63,824 nucleotides of DNA, filler included, from Parasitella parasitica NRRL 2501 (GCA_025201805.1; 15 parts of 15 records of this genome joined end to end with filler, not necessarily neighbours in it), one strand, 5' to 3'; shown: positions 39,290 to 52,646, counted from the first letter of the whole stretch. Translations and numbers: made by a program. The notes: generated by a model from the sequence alone, not told the origin.

Positions 39290-40057
39290 TAATATATATT
39301 AGGGTTTCTGATAACAAACCTTTTATTTTTGATTTAACAGCCATTGTGCAGGAGCAATATAAACGACTTTATTAACACTGTCGACATGTACTGCAGATAC
39401 CTGAAACTTAACAATCACCTAAGGGGCCACAACACAGGATTGTTTGAATTTCATAATTGATAAATTATTTCAGGTATATCTTTCAGATATTAGACATCTA
39501 GTAAGCTCAAATATTTAGAACTGCAGAGGTATTTAAATTAAACCACAAAAACATCAAAATATCAAACTGCATACACTAACAAGGCATTAATTTGTACGTA
39601 TCCGTTAAATGCTTCCAACTCGAAGAGCTACACCTGTTTTATGATTTCACCAGGAAGAAAGTTATACTTGTGGCATCAAAAATACTTACTTTATAGAGCT
39701 GTATCAAGCACCAAAATTGATAGTGGCGTGATATCATCTCCAGGTAGATATTTTCTGCAGCTTAAAAGCAAGAACTTTAGTTTCGTGAGACATTTTTTTA
39801 TTGATTTTCACAAACAAAGTGCCCTGAAAACACGAAAAATAGTATCCATTATGCAAAAACTGTATTATATATGATTTTGGTGCAATTTGAGCATGATTTT
39901 TTTTTCGATGCAAAATCATGGATTTTTTCGATTTTTTCCTTGTATCCACACATCCAANNNNNNNNNNNNNNNNNNNNNNNNNNNNNNNNNNNNNNNNNNN
40001 NTTAATTAATTAANNNNNNNNNNNNNNNNNNNNNNNNNNNNNNNNNNNNNNNNNNNN

Positions 40058-40638
40058 AACGTAACACCTCTGTCTGAAACAATGTCGGCAGGGAATCCGT
40101 AATGGCAAAATACATGTCGTAACAATAGATCACAAGTTCCTTCCGCATCGATGGTATTGTAAGTTGGTAGGAATATGGCCATCTTTGTAAATCTGTCCAC
40201 AATAACACAAATAGCTGAATAACCATCTAATGGCGGCAATTCTGTAATAAAGTCCATTGAGATACATATCCAAGGGTTTTCAGGTATCTGTAATGGTTGT
40301 AACAAACCGTATGGTTTATGATGGGCATTTTTGTTTCGTAGACAAGTATCGCAGCCTGTTACGTATCGCTTTACGTATGATCTCAAGTCAGGCCAGTAAT
40401 ACTCTCTTGCTACTCGTTCGTATGTTTTCGTAATACCGAAATGACCAGCTGTTGGGCTGTCATGGCATTGTTCTAAAATGGTTTTCTTTAGGTCTTCATT
40501 GTCGGGAATACAAATGGATTTATTTTTGTAGAATAAAAGACCATCTTGCAGATGATAATCGATGTTTTCCTTTTTGTTTTTGTTGTTTCCGAAATCTTTT
40601 ATCATGGGTCCAAATGTCTTGTCTGTAAGTAGATGCAT
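40058..40638 (-). mobile_element. Ty3/gypsy integrase fragment
   Basis: HHCC zinc finger (HDSPTAGHFG...CDTC), PW..ISMDFIT.LP, IVDRFTK and IVSDRG. Confidence 0.93.
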
Positions 40639-40655
40639 TTTAATTGTTTGTACTA

Positions 40656-41153
40656 CACCATGGCCAACTTGTGTGATAAAATCCTAACTACTGGTGATGC
40701 TTTAGCAACTAGGTGTCCAAAATAAGCACCAGTGATTAGATTTTACACACAAAATGTAGAACTCAATCACTCAAACATCGTAAGCTTCAATTAGAACTCC
40801 CTTTTAGTTTTTCGCGAACCATTTTCCACTGACGTTATGCTCAAAAAATTGCGATCAGACGTTTATTCATCAGTAAACTTTAAAAACAATCACTAAAAAT
40901 AGAATAAGTGATTGATTCATCACCAAGCATTTAAGAGTATCACTGTGAATAAGAAGAGTGATTAATTCGTCACCAAGAACTCAAAAAAATCACTGAAAAG
41001 GTAACACCACAAGGCAATAATAAAAGATGTTCTTCAGTTAATAGGAGATTTTCTTCATATACATACTACATCACATAAAAATAACTAGTAGAATACTTGA
41101 TATTTTGCACAGAATGCAATTGATCCATGTTGATACAGTTATTATTAATGTAT
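40656..41153 (+). mobile_element. Non-coding repeat family M starting CACCATGGCC (probable DNA-transposon end)
   Basis: About 500 bp of high similarity to 49381-50335. It truncates the integrase ORF, and its start resembles CACTATGGCC. Confidence 0.65.
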
Positions 41154-41381
41154 NNNNNNNNNNNNNNNNNNNNNNNNNNNNNNNNNNNNNNNNNNNNTTA
41201 ATTAATTAANNNNNNNNNNNNNNNNNNNNNNNNNNNNNNNNNNNNNNNNNNNNTTATATGTTGGTTATTCTATTCTTCCGACTATGTACACATTTGATAA
41301 TATCTATTGAGTAGTACACTCATGATTCAAATATAGCATGAACTGATGATCGATGTATGAAATATGGATATTATATCCACA

Positions 41382-41501
41382 AATACTTCTATTTACTAGA
41401 TAGAATAATCGATGCCATTTAACCTTAGATCCGATTAGGAACGGTTGCCATGACAACTGAGTTGAAATAGTGGTAACCATGGTTATTCTATGGATACAAC
41501 A
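41382..41501 (-). mobile_element. Family A copy A5 (terminal 120 bp)
   Basis: Ends ...TGGATACAACA. The left side is replaced by another sequence ending ...TCCACA. Confidence 0.85.
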
Positions 41502-41902
41502 CTGATGCCAATAACATGGCAACGACCCACAACAGGGTCTCATATATCAACCCCGGGGTTTTAAAGTGAATCATAAGTAGTCATTTATTTATCAGAAAAG
41601 TTTAATAGAAATTAATAAGGTCAAGATATCCGTTTATTAGATTCAAAAATAGAGGAATTATATACTTTCTATGAACTGACGGAAACGATGTGAAGATAAA
41701 GGTTTTAGTGATGAGAAGATCTGGGGGACAGGGTAGATTGTATCTATCCCAAATGTCATGTCTTATTATTTTATGATCTGATGATTTACTCTTCAGTATG
41801 ATTTTATATTATACAGTATTGATATCCGGTTTTAGAATTGATAAATCACTCTAGTTCATCTACTGGCCAGGTAGATGAACCTATATATATACTTAAGCTA
41901 TG

Positions 41903-42114
41903 TGTTATGTCAAAAGTCTGATAAAATAAATCTGCCAAAGAGTTACTCACTTTTATTCATAATAAATCTCTCGATGTATTATATACACATTCATTACACT
42001 AGGGTCTACTGTCTAACTGCATAATGTAAATCACGACTACCCATGATTTACTGTAAGACCCTGGGACTGATCTGAGATCCTGATGTGAGACCTTGCCATG
42101 TTATTGATATAACA
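41903..42114 (-). mobile_element. Family D copy D2 (212 bp)
   Basis: TGTTAT...ATAACA with perfect TSD CTATG. Confidence 0.92.
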
Positions 42115-42484
42115 CTATGGATAAATGTTCTACTCTCGCAATTTAACACGTACGACAATACTGCGTAACTAGCATCTTAACTTTGTGCTAACCAACATAT
42201 CAGCAGACTTAAGATAACTTAAATCTATTTGAGTGAGGAGATAGACTTTACCCGAGGTAGTACCCTGATCAATCTTCTATGCGAAGATTATTAATATCGA
42301 TCCATAAGCGTATATTATTCCTTGTATAGTCTTATCCAGTCTATATTAATAGTACATGTCTGAGTGTATATCACTGGGTATTCATCTTAGCATATATCGG
42401 TATATGTAGCATGTCTATAGCATCTCATAAGCATATCTATAGCATTGCACATATTGTACGAGTCTGTAGTACTACATGATGCAT

Positions 42485-43120
42485 CTGTAGCTAGCATCAT
42501 GGATATAAGTATATGTCTTGTAGTGCGTGTTATGCGCAGAGGATATATAAATATGATCTGCTCAAAAAAATGTATAACTTTATAAAAATAAAATCAGACA
42601 AAAAAACTAATGACTTTATTAAAAAGAGAATGATGCCATCTTTTTATACTAGTAGATTATATCTATTGTAACACTATTTGTCATCATGGTTAAACATTGA
42701 ACTTGGTATGTAATACCAAGTTTATTACATGTTCTACTGTACATTAATAGCTTATTCCTTGTCATTGTATACAAAGAATTACCAATCTAATAATTGCTTA
42801 ATCTCATGCCTTTCTGGCACAACATATACAGTGCGTATCTAGAAACTGGGAATACGCATCTGAAGAAGCATATATCTTATATAGCATAAGCTCGTAGCAT
42901 ATACTAAATCTAGTAAATGTCTGAGGCTCGTGTCGAGATATAAGTATCAGTCTATAGCGTCATCCATCCTAATGGTGCCGTCTCTAGCTTATATCTTATA
43001 TAGTATAAATCTGTATTGCACATCTTATTATCTGTGCGCATATGTAGTTTTAAAGCAATTTAAGGTAACTGGATGAATCTAGAAGTGGAATGCAGATCAT
43101 CATAGTGAATGTATTTCACA
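42485..43120 (-). mobile_element. LTR-like element family F (left boundary unresolved), host of family G
   Basis: Reverse complement of 51335-51658 once 42528-42830 is removed. Ends ...GTATTTCACA. Confidence 0.8.
42528..42830. mobile_element. Solo-LTR-like element family G (303 bp)
   Basis: TGT...ACA with TSD GTGCG. The empty site is present in the F copy at ~51615-51622. Confidence 0.85.
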
Positions 43121-44048
43121 CATAGGTCATGTTATCCTTGAATTGAGAATGATCAATTGTTCTTCCCTCATAAGAGAACACGCGGAAAGAGCTGAAAGCA
43201 TTTGCCTCACAAATACCCAAGAAGATACCAAAAAAGCGCATTTCCCATCTTTCCGTCTTGATGATATCGTGGTATGAGATCTTGTTGTCTCTCAAGTTGT
43301 TAGCAGCATCAACGGAATCTAATGTTGGGGTAATCAGTTACTATATTCATGCAAGAGTGTTTCAACTTTTCACTTAATTTTATGAGTCTCATACTCATGT
43401 GCAACCTCTGGTCTTTGAATAGTTATTTTTTGGCCCCCAGACGCAACATAGCTTCTTTGATCAATCAGCCTGGTGGTACTGCCTGCAAGAGGAAATGAAG
43501 GCCTTGACCTTCTTGTCGCGATAGGCGCAAGTGAACATCTTGCCACTATCAGCACCTTTTTTCATTTTGTGTAGTGGCTTCCAGGCTCTTCCTCCTCTAC
43601 TTGATCAACGATGTCAGTATTGGACATTCCACGAGGCCAGTATCTACGCTTGCTAACTTGCATGATCGCGTACAGCAGGCCAAGATCCGACAACATTGAT
43701 ATCATATCGGGAGACCCGAACCAAAAGTCAGCGATCACTGTTCTACCACTTCCAAAGCAAGGCTTGGTAAGGCGTTTGACAGTTGCAGTCAACTTCTTCA
43801 TGCCAGGATCTTCATCATACTCCTTACTTCTTGGATCACTGACAGTATCCATACGCAAGATACAATAAGTATGATGATCTGCTAATGTCTCCAACTCCTG
43901 TCTGATGGGATGTGGCTTTCGGGAAACCTTCTTCAAGTTGGGCGTCCCAACACCCAACCACTGGTTCATTGACTCATCAATGACCAAGTACTTTCCAGGA
44001 GTAACACAGTCAGCCATCTTGTCATTGAAGGCCTTGATGGGAGCACGG

Positions 44049-44561
44049 TGTTTAGAATAACAAAATATAGCCAGAAAAATACAATTAGAACTGAATATAT
44101 TTATTTTGCTATTCCAAGATTGAATGAAGATTTAAACTAGTGTATGTTTTGAAGGTATTTATAGTTATTTGACAGTGCCGCAGCAATAGGACCATGATCT
44201 AGGATGAGGGATAATTGGGTACACCTTGAACCAATCCCTAGGAGCTTGGTGGATAAGAGTTTCCGAGTTACCAGTAAGACAAGAGCATAGATACGTATAA
44301 AGGATAGAATGTTGTTCCTAGTAGCTTTGATGGAAGAACATTCATCAGGATTAAACACCGACCTCAGGAACCAAATGTCATAGGATATCACCACTTTGTA
44401 CTGGGATAAAGATTCGCCATTCAATGTTACCACTTATGTCTCTTTGCCATGTCTAAATAAAGTCATTCCATTCTACTACGCATTTCTACTCATGCTCGCT
44501 TTATGATGTATTATACAGAGTATAATACATTACCGCTAAGATTTGATCTGTATCCTAAACA
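44049..44561. mobile_element. Solo-LTR-like element family E (513 bp)
   Basis: TGTTTAG...CTAAACA with TSD CACGG. Removing it fuses the two piggyBac ORFs in frame. Confidence 0.9.
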
Positions 44562-45368
44562 CACGGATCTGATACAAGGGATCATTGATTTGTTTTTCCC
44601 CAGTAGGAATTTCAAAAACATGCATATGCATGATGTCCCTGAATCTTTTAAAAGACATGTATTGGCAAAAGTCCACGTTCATGGTGAAATGGCTATGCCC
44701 CAACTTCCAGTATGCCTTGAGGTTTGAGTGAGCAAGCACTGTCATTATGGTCAAGAGTGCCAGCCACATCATATACTCGTTGAAGGTAATGTCTCTCCAT
44801 GCGGGGTTGACATCTTTTGCATGATGGTTAGTGTTCCTGATGATTTCATGGAAGTACTCTTGAGGTAAGAAAAACAGGAAATAGTCCAAAGGAGAAGCAT
44901 CTCTAAAGCCTTCCATGTTAAGCTTGGCTCTTGTTTGCTGGTAGCTTTCATAGCAGAGTCTCCTATCGACAAAGACTTCACCATTGCTCCATCCATCACC
45001 GGGAGTCAAATCAATCTCCTCCTCGTCCTCTGATCCAGAAGGTACAGCATCATCCAAAAGATCCTCTGCCTCTTCGAATGCAGGAACAGGTACGTCAATT
45101 GGTGTAGTATTAGTATCAATCATTTTTACAGGACCGACATACTTAACACAATCTGCTTTGAGTGTCACCGTGATGGCAGGTGCTTCATCGAGAATCACAT
45201 CATACGCGATGGAGTTTCCGATTATTGAGCGGGCAACAGTCTTTCCCTTGAAGTTCAAACAAGGTGTGTTCCAATCATACTTATTCATAAGAATAGAATT
45301 TGCGTCTGAATTCGTGATAAAACGCTTGTTCACGGATACAAATACGTTTACATCTAATCGATTGTTAG

Positions 45369-45579
45369 TGTTATGTCAAAAGTCTGATAAAATAAATCTG
45401 CCAAAGAATTACACCCTTATTCATAATACATCTCTCGATGTATTATATACACATTCATTACACTAGGGTTCTACTGTCTAGCTGCATAATGTAAATCATG
45501 ACTACCCATGATTTACTGTAAGACCCTGGGACTGATCTGAGATCCTGATGTGAGACTTTGCCATGTTATTGATATAACA
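45369..45579 (-). mobile_element. Family D copy D3 (211 bp)
   Basis: TSD GTTAG. Absent from the paralogous piggyBac copy at ~53745. Confidence 0.93.
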
Positions 45580-45729
45580 GTTAGCTTGAGGCATTTTAAT
45601 TACTATTTTTAAAAAAGAGTGAAGTTTCTTTGAAGGTAAATGCAGTGAAAAAGTTTATAAACAAAACAAATTCGAATCATTTAAAAAATGTCTGTGTATG
45701 CAACAAACTTTGTACGCGTAAAGCGTAAT

Positions 45730-46137
45730 TGTTTAGGATGTAAAGGCTAAGCGAGGTGGGTTGTTGAGTTGATGTTGTGCCTGAGATCCAACTTGGGTAT
45801 TCTCACAATTATGCAAAAGTATTATATCATGGTTACACTCATTAGAAATCCTTTATACCACAAGGCGATTATACTCTTTCTCAAGACCATTATCCTTCCT
45901 GTCTCCTTCTGGTAATAACTGGTTTACGATTACTTGTACTAGCAGCACATGGCTAGTAATTGGTTCTATCTGGTGCAAGTTTATTAAGCCTCGATTCCAC
46001 AAGCATGCAACCGATGTCAGCACTCGAAAAGTATAAATAGTCTAGGCAAATGTTGTGTAGAGAAGAATCATCTTATTTTTTATATACGAATAAATATATC
46101 CAGTTTTAATTGTATATCTATTTCGTATATTAAAACA
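45730..46137 (-). mobile_element. Family C copy C2
   Basis: TSD GTAAT. The empty site GCGTAATTGTAAAAAATC is at ~53891. Confidence 0.93.
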
Positions 46138-46644
46138 GTAATTGTAAAAAATCAAACCCTCATCCATTCAAAAATCTTCATTTAGCATCGGCCCAACTGG
46201 GCTGAATCGGCCCAAATGGGCTGACCTAATCTATACTTGTTAATAATATGTTAATAAACTTAATAATAATTATGTTGCATTGAACAGTTGTTTCACTTTC
46301 TTGAACATACACGAAATGAAAAGCTCAAATTTTGACTGGTGGTAGATCAAAGAAGATCAAATCAGATCAAAGTTTTTGAAATCCAGGTATTTTTGTCGCA
46401 AATCTATTAAACTGGAATAAATTTACACAAGCTGAGGAAAAAATTGCTCATATTTTATTTTACTTTCTGCACGCTTTTTATTTTATTTTTTGCACACTTT
46501 TAAAAATAATATTTGCACACTTGTAAGAGTAGTTTTTGCACACTNNNNNNNNNNNNNNNNNNNNNNNNNNNNNNNNNNNNNNNNNNNNTTAATTAATTAA
46601 NNNNNNNNNNNNNNNNNNNNNNNNNNNNNNNNNNNNNNNNNNNN

Positions 46645-49382
46645 GTTTGTGATTATCGTGCTTTGAATGCTAAAACCATTGCTCAGCGTGTTCCTTTGCC
46701 TCGTATTGATGAATGCTTAGAACAACTACATGGTGTTACCTTTATGAGTTCCATCGATCTTATTAATAGTTTTTGGCAACAAAGATTGACACCTTCTGAT
46801 TCTCTTAAAAGTGCTATAAATACTAGATATGGGCAATTTTCTTGGTCTGTCATGGCAATGGGATTGAAAAACTCCGGGGCCAGGTGGATGTACTTAATGA
46901 ACGATGTTTTGAAGGAATACATTGATGTTTTTGTGATTTGCTATATCGATGACTGTCTAATCTATACAAAAGGGAATGATATTGAATTACACAAGAAGAA
47001 TTTACATATGGTTTTCAAGAAGTTGAAAGAAGCTGGTTTGGTGGTCTCTCGCTCAAAATGTAAATTTAATCGTAAAGAAATTACATTTTTGGGTCATGAT
47101 ATTATTGCTGGTCAAGGTATCAAACCTTCTCAACAAAAAGTCAAGGCTATTGTCTCTTGGCCTGTACCTCAAACTGTTCAAGATGTTCGTAAATTTATGG
47201 GTCTCTGTCAATACTATTCTAGTTATATGGCCAACTTTGCTAACGTTGCTGCTTGTATAACTGATTTGACAAAGGGCGTGGGTCCTAAGAATCGCAAGAT
47301 TGAATGGTCAGAGGCTTGTCAAAAGGCATTTGATACTATTAAATCATTGATTGTTTCTTCTCCTGTGTTATTGATGCCTGATATGTCTCGCTCCTTTCGT
47401 ATTGAATGTAATGCTAGTGACTATGCTGTTGGTGCTGTTTTATTACAACAAGATCCTAATTCTGGTGATGATTGGAAGCCTGTAGCCTTTATTTCAAAGA
47501 AGCTGTCAGCTGCTGAAAGAAATTACCCTACTCAAGAACGTGAATTGTTGGCTATCTTATTTGCTTGTAAAACCTGGCGTTGTTTTGTTGAAGGTTCTAT
47601 ATATGAAGTCTACACTGATCATCGTCCTTTGCAATATTACAAATCGTCTAACAAAGTTTCTCCTCGTTTGGTTCGTTGGATGCAAGACCTTGAAATGTAT
47701 CAACCTACTTTGGTTTACAAAAAGGGTGTTGATAATATTGCGCCTGATTTGTTGAGTCGTCGTGAAGGTCCTGATTGCTTGCCTGATCCTTTGTCGATGG
47801 AACCTGAATTTTTCGTATGAACTGTCAACTGCTATATTGAACAAGGTTTTACAGCCTTCTGATACTTCGTTATTAACTGATCCGTGTCAAGATTGGCCTA
47901 TTTTTTTCAAGAAGAAGAAAGCAGACTGGCCTGAGAAATGGCGTGTTCAATTAGAGAAGGAGGAGTCCAATTTTGAAGTAATTGATAATGTTGTTTGGCG
48001 TTTAAACCCTACCCCTGATAGTAGTAAAGAGGCTTCCAGGTTAAAATTTATTACTTTTGCTCGTCGTGCGGATCTTATTGAAGATTTCCATCGTGGATTT
48101 GGTCATTCTGGTCAACTTACTGTATACCATTTAATGAAGCAACGTGTGTGGTGGCCTTCAATGCGTAAAGACATAAATTATTGGTTGAAAACTTGTCCTG
48201 AATGTCAATTGCATTCTCGTAATGAAAAGAAGGTTCATCATGCTCCAATGAAGCCTTTAGAGGTTCCTGCTCCCTTTGCTCGTTGGCACATAGACTTTAT
48301 TGGTGAATTGCCTACTACTAGTAATGGAAATCGTTGGATTATCATGGCTGTTGATTATGCGACAAATTGGCCTATTGCTCGTGCTCTCAAATCTGCCACT
48401 GCTGATGAAATAGTGAAATTTCTGTATGAAGAAATTGTGATGAAATTTGGTTGTCCTGTGGAGCTTGTCTCTGATCGTGGTGCAAATTTTTTATCAAAAA
48501 TTCTCAAACAATACATGCGTAAGATTCGGTCAAAACATATGTTTACATCGGCTTTTCATCCAAGAACTAATTCGAAGTGTGAACGGTTAAATCAAACATT
48601 TAAACATATGTTGACTAAATATGTAAAAGGCTTGGTGCATTCGTGGGATGACTATGTGGATTCATCATTGTTCTCGTGTAGAATTCGAAAGCATGCCACG
48701 ACTGGATATAGTCCATTCTATTTGGTTTATGGTCAAGAACCGGTGTTGCCTGGTGATTCTCGTCGTCCCTTTATGGATCCTTTAACTGAGGAAGATCCTG
48801 AATTGATTGCTGAAGATATACTTGCTCGAATTCGTGATCTGAAAGAAAAGAGATTCGAAGCCAAAGAAAACATGATGTTACAAGCTCAAAAGGATAAAGA
48901 ACGTTGGGATGCTGCTATTAAGAACAACAAGACTCAAACTTTTGCTGTGGGCGATTATGTTATGTTGAGGCATGAATCCAAGAAAGGCCTAGAGTTTAAT
49001 TGGATGGGTCCGTATCTGGTTGTGAAAACAAACTTGGACTACAACATCTACCAGATTAGAGAAATAGAAGGAAACGTTTACAATTCTTGCGTTCATACGG
49101 ATCGCCTTCATTCTGTTCAATATGATGGCGCTAAACCTCAAAAATCTTGGTATATTCCTCGTATTGCTAGAGCAAAATAGCAATTTTTTTTTTTTTTTTC
49201 TCTACCTGAACTTTTTTTTTTGGGAGGAAGGTAGTGTCAGTTGCTCACAGACTTTGTGCGTAACCATTTTAATTAGTATATAAATATCAATTGAATTCAA
49301 AAGAATAAACAGTATCTATCTTTGATCTGCCATAATGTAGGATAGGAGATCATGAAAGTGTACTTCAATTAATGACTGGACA
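46645..49382 (+). mobile_element. Ty3/gypsy retrotransposon 3' part: RT, RNase H, integrase, PPT, short 3' LTR
   Basis: Motifs YIDD, ECNASDYAVGAVL, HHCC, WHIDFIG, LVSDRG, KCER and WMGPY. Frameshift at ~47810. PPT GGGAGGAAGGTAG at 49222-49234, then TGTCAG...GGACA (49235-49382) containing TATA and AATAAA. Confidence 0.93.
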
Positions 49383-50335
49383 CCATGGCCAACTTGTGTG
49401 ATAAAATCCTAACTACTGGTGATGCTTTAGCAAATAGGCGTCCAAAATAAGCACCAGTGATTAGATTTTACATAAAAAATGTAGAACTCAATTACTCAAA
49501 CATTATAAGCTTCAATTAGAACTCCCTTTTAGTTTATTGCGAACCATTTTGCATTGAATTTGTGCTCAAAAAATTGCGATCAGACGTTTATTCATCACTA
49601 AACTTTAAAAAAAATCACTAAAAATAGAATAAGTGATTGATTCATCACCAATGTTGTGCCAGTGTCAAAGGGCGCAGCGTAATGTTATGTAAAATATGAT
49701 TTGTATAAAGTAATAAAGACTTTTCTGAATAAAACCAGATACAAAACTGAAGACTTTTATTGACATAAGATATGATCTCTATTTATACTAAAATATATCC
49801 CAATCAATGTTTATCCACATAACATCTGATGTTTGACAAGAAGTGTCAAACCTTATTAAATCACAGCATTTCCAGGACAGACCTATTTTTCTATTTTACA
49901 TTAAAGAGAAGATTGGGTAGGATGTCTTCCCGACATCCCGCGATCTGATCTAGATGTATTCTTTGAATAAGCCTGGAACCTTGCAAGAGGTCCAATTACA
50001 ACTAGTAGCTTATTCCTTATTTGTAAAAGAATTACCAACAATTAATATCATGATCCGTGCATTATGACTAAGTTAGATATGACATATGTAGCCTTTATAT
50101 GGATACAACAACCAAGCTTTTAAGAATAGCACTGTGAATAAGAAGAGTGCTTAATTCGTTACCAAGAGCTCAAAAAAATTACTGAAAAGGTAACACCAAG
50201 GCAATAAAAAAAGATGTTCTTCAGTTAATAGGAAATTTTCATCATATACATACTACATCACATAAAAAAAACTAGTAGATCACTTGATATTTTGCACAGA
50301 ATGCAATTGATCCATATTGATACTGTTATTAATAA
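49381..50335 (+). mobile_element. Family M copy interrupted by LTR B3
   Basis: Matches 40656-41153 on both sides of 49652-50110. Confidence 0.7.
49652..50110 (-). mobile_element. Family B copy B3 (complete, 459 bp)
   Basis: TSD ACCAA. The empty site ...CATCACCAAGC is at ~40918-40928. Confidence 0.93.
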
Positions 50336-51334
50336 TATATTTTCTCTAGAAAATCTAAAAAAAACACAATGCAATTGATAATGCAACATGTATACATTCA
50401 ATTGAAATTTATTTAAAACATTGATCATAACAGGTGATATCAAGTTATCATTTTTCATTTTTTATTGTTATAAAGGTTTATCACAACATAAGACAGTTAA
50501 AATACATGTACATTTTTTGTTTCAAATGTCCAGCATTGAATTTTAATATTATTCATTTTACCACACCCCAAAATATAGACAATTAGCATATCTGTACTTA
50601 CATTAAAGCATTAACCAGTCCACGACCAACATGTAATGTACTCTTGATGCATTATTTACATATTATTTCGCTATATCCCTTCATCCAATATTGCTATCTT
50701 CGTTTTCCTACTCTTGAAATCAGCATTTTCTAACAAAAAATAAAGTCTGACATGTTTTTAGCCTGCACATACCTTGTCCATCTTTTTTTTTTTACCGTTT
50801 ACAATAAATCCACAATCTACTCACAGATGTTGAATTTTAGCGACTAAAGCTTTCAATTGATTAGACGTTGCATTAATTTGCTATAATTGATATGCTTTCA
50901 TAGCCTTTTGTTGAATTGTAGTTGCAGACAGGTTACGAATATCGTTAAAATGCCACGCGTGAGAAATAATTTTGTTGTTTATCGCGATAATAGCCTACCA
51001 ATATATCGACACTAAGATTGAATTTGCGTTTATAATGTCATGAATAAACTAACGTCAGTAACAACCATGGGAAAAACATCATGCATGCGCAGTTCTGAAA
51101 CATATAAACAAACATCATCTGAATCAACATCATGCATGCACAGTCTTGAAACATACAAACGAATGCCTGAAACACTCACATGATACAACCATGCATAACA
51201 AAGGCCAATTCATGCACCCACGCCCACTTGCATGCATAATCAGCAACATCAGCTTCACTCTATCAGATAAATCAGATGTTAATACGTTTCATGTATTAAT
51301 AGTCTCGCTCTTTTTTTTTCTTATAAATACCTCC

Positions 51335-51658
51335 TGTGAAATACATTCACTATGATAATCTGCATTCCACTTCTAGATTCATCCAGTTACCTTATATTGA
51401 TATAAACTACATATGCGCACAGATAATAAGATGTGCAATACAGATTTATACTATATAAGATATAAGCTAGAGACGGCACCATTAGGATGGATGACGCTAT
51501 AGACTGATACTTATATCTCGACACGAGCCTTAGACATTTATTAGATTTAGTATATGCTACGAGCTTATGCTATATAAGAGCTATGCTTCAGATGCGTATT
51601 CCCAGTTTCTAGATACGCACTACAAGACATATACTTATATCCATGATACTAGCTACAG
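51335..51658 (+). mobile_element. Family F copy (cut by contig end)
   Basis: Starts TGTGAAATAC and is an inverted match to 42485-43120. Confidence 0.82.
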
Positions 51659-52646
51659 NNNNNNNNNNNNNNNNNNNNNNNNNNNNNNNNNNNNNNNNNN
51701 NNTTAATTAATTAANNNNNNNNNNNNNNNNNNNNNNNNNNNNNNNNNNNNNNNNNNNNTCGTCTGCTGCTGTAGATACGCCAATGCCAGAGTTTTCTGGT
51801 GTTTGATATCTATAATCTATCTTTTTTTCTTTGCTGCTGCTCCTCGTCTCTCTCTGCTGTCTCTTGTACTATTGCCCTTTTGTGGTTTGTATTTGTCTCC
51901 TTTTTCATCTCTCTTCTTTTTTGTTTCCTTTTCTTTTGGTCTTTGTTGCCGTTTTCCTTTTTTTGCTTTATGCAAATTTTCTGTTTCTCTTTTTTTTCCC
52001 CGCTTTTTTTGTGTTCATCACTGGTTTTGTGATTTCATTTTGTTTGTGCTGCTGTATGTCTGTCGAGGTCTCCTCAATTGCACAGTTCATACACCACATC
52101 TTCTTGAACTCCCTTCCTTCTCATCTGTTTTTTCCTCTTTTCATGTCTATACATTATATTTTTTTGACAGCTGCTTTTCAAGTATAGACCCTTTTTCTGT
52201 TTTAGGACATGTTTCATGGTCCTACATCGAAATCAAAACTTGATCTGCAACTGTTTTTTTTACCTCTTTTTTGTATGTCGCAACTCTTGGCTAGCAACAA
52301 TGATCAAAAGATCGCATGCATTATAGCCTTTTATTTTTACTTTGTATATCATTGTATTTAATAAACATAAATTTTCGCCTGAGCTACATCCCCGCTACAT
52401 CCCCACCTTTCTTTCCCCTTTCCAATTTTTTGCCTAATTTGGACCTTTTATTTTTTGTAAAAAATTGATTCAATACTACCCATCATCTATACAATACCTA
52501 GTAAGAACACTATTTCAACCAATAGCAAAGTAAACCAGACACCAAGCTCTGTATCATCTCTTTCTTCTGGTCAAAAACGACCCAGCTCCTCCAGATCCCC
52601 GCCTTTTTTCGCTGTTGATATCTCCCAACAGTTGAAAACAAAGAAA

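Larger units (their letters stand above)
43121..46239 (-). mobile_element. piggyBac-like transposon, disrupted by nested LTRs
   Basis: ATG at 45594. Motifs SPLDYFLFF, MSFKRF..I, DPLYQIR|API..FN, VIDESM, VIADFWF and SVDAANN. The end abuts TTAA (46240-46243) and has palindromic subterminal repeats. Confidence 0.9.

Noticed and set aside
41343-41381. CTGATGA...GAAA hammerhead-like core
   Set aside because: Stems I and II cannot form.
51799-52243. Phe/Leu/Cys-rich ORFs (also 54362-54813)
   Set aside because: Products of T/C-rich low-complexity sequence, open in several frames, with no motif.
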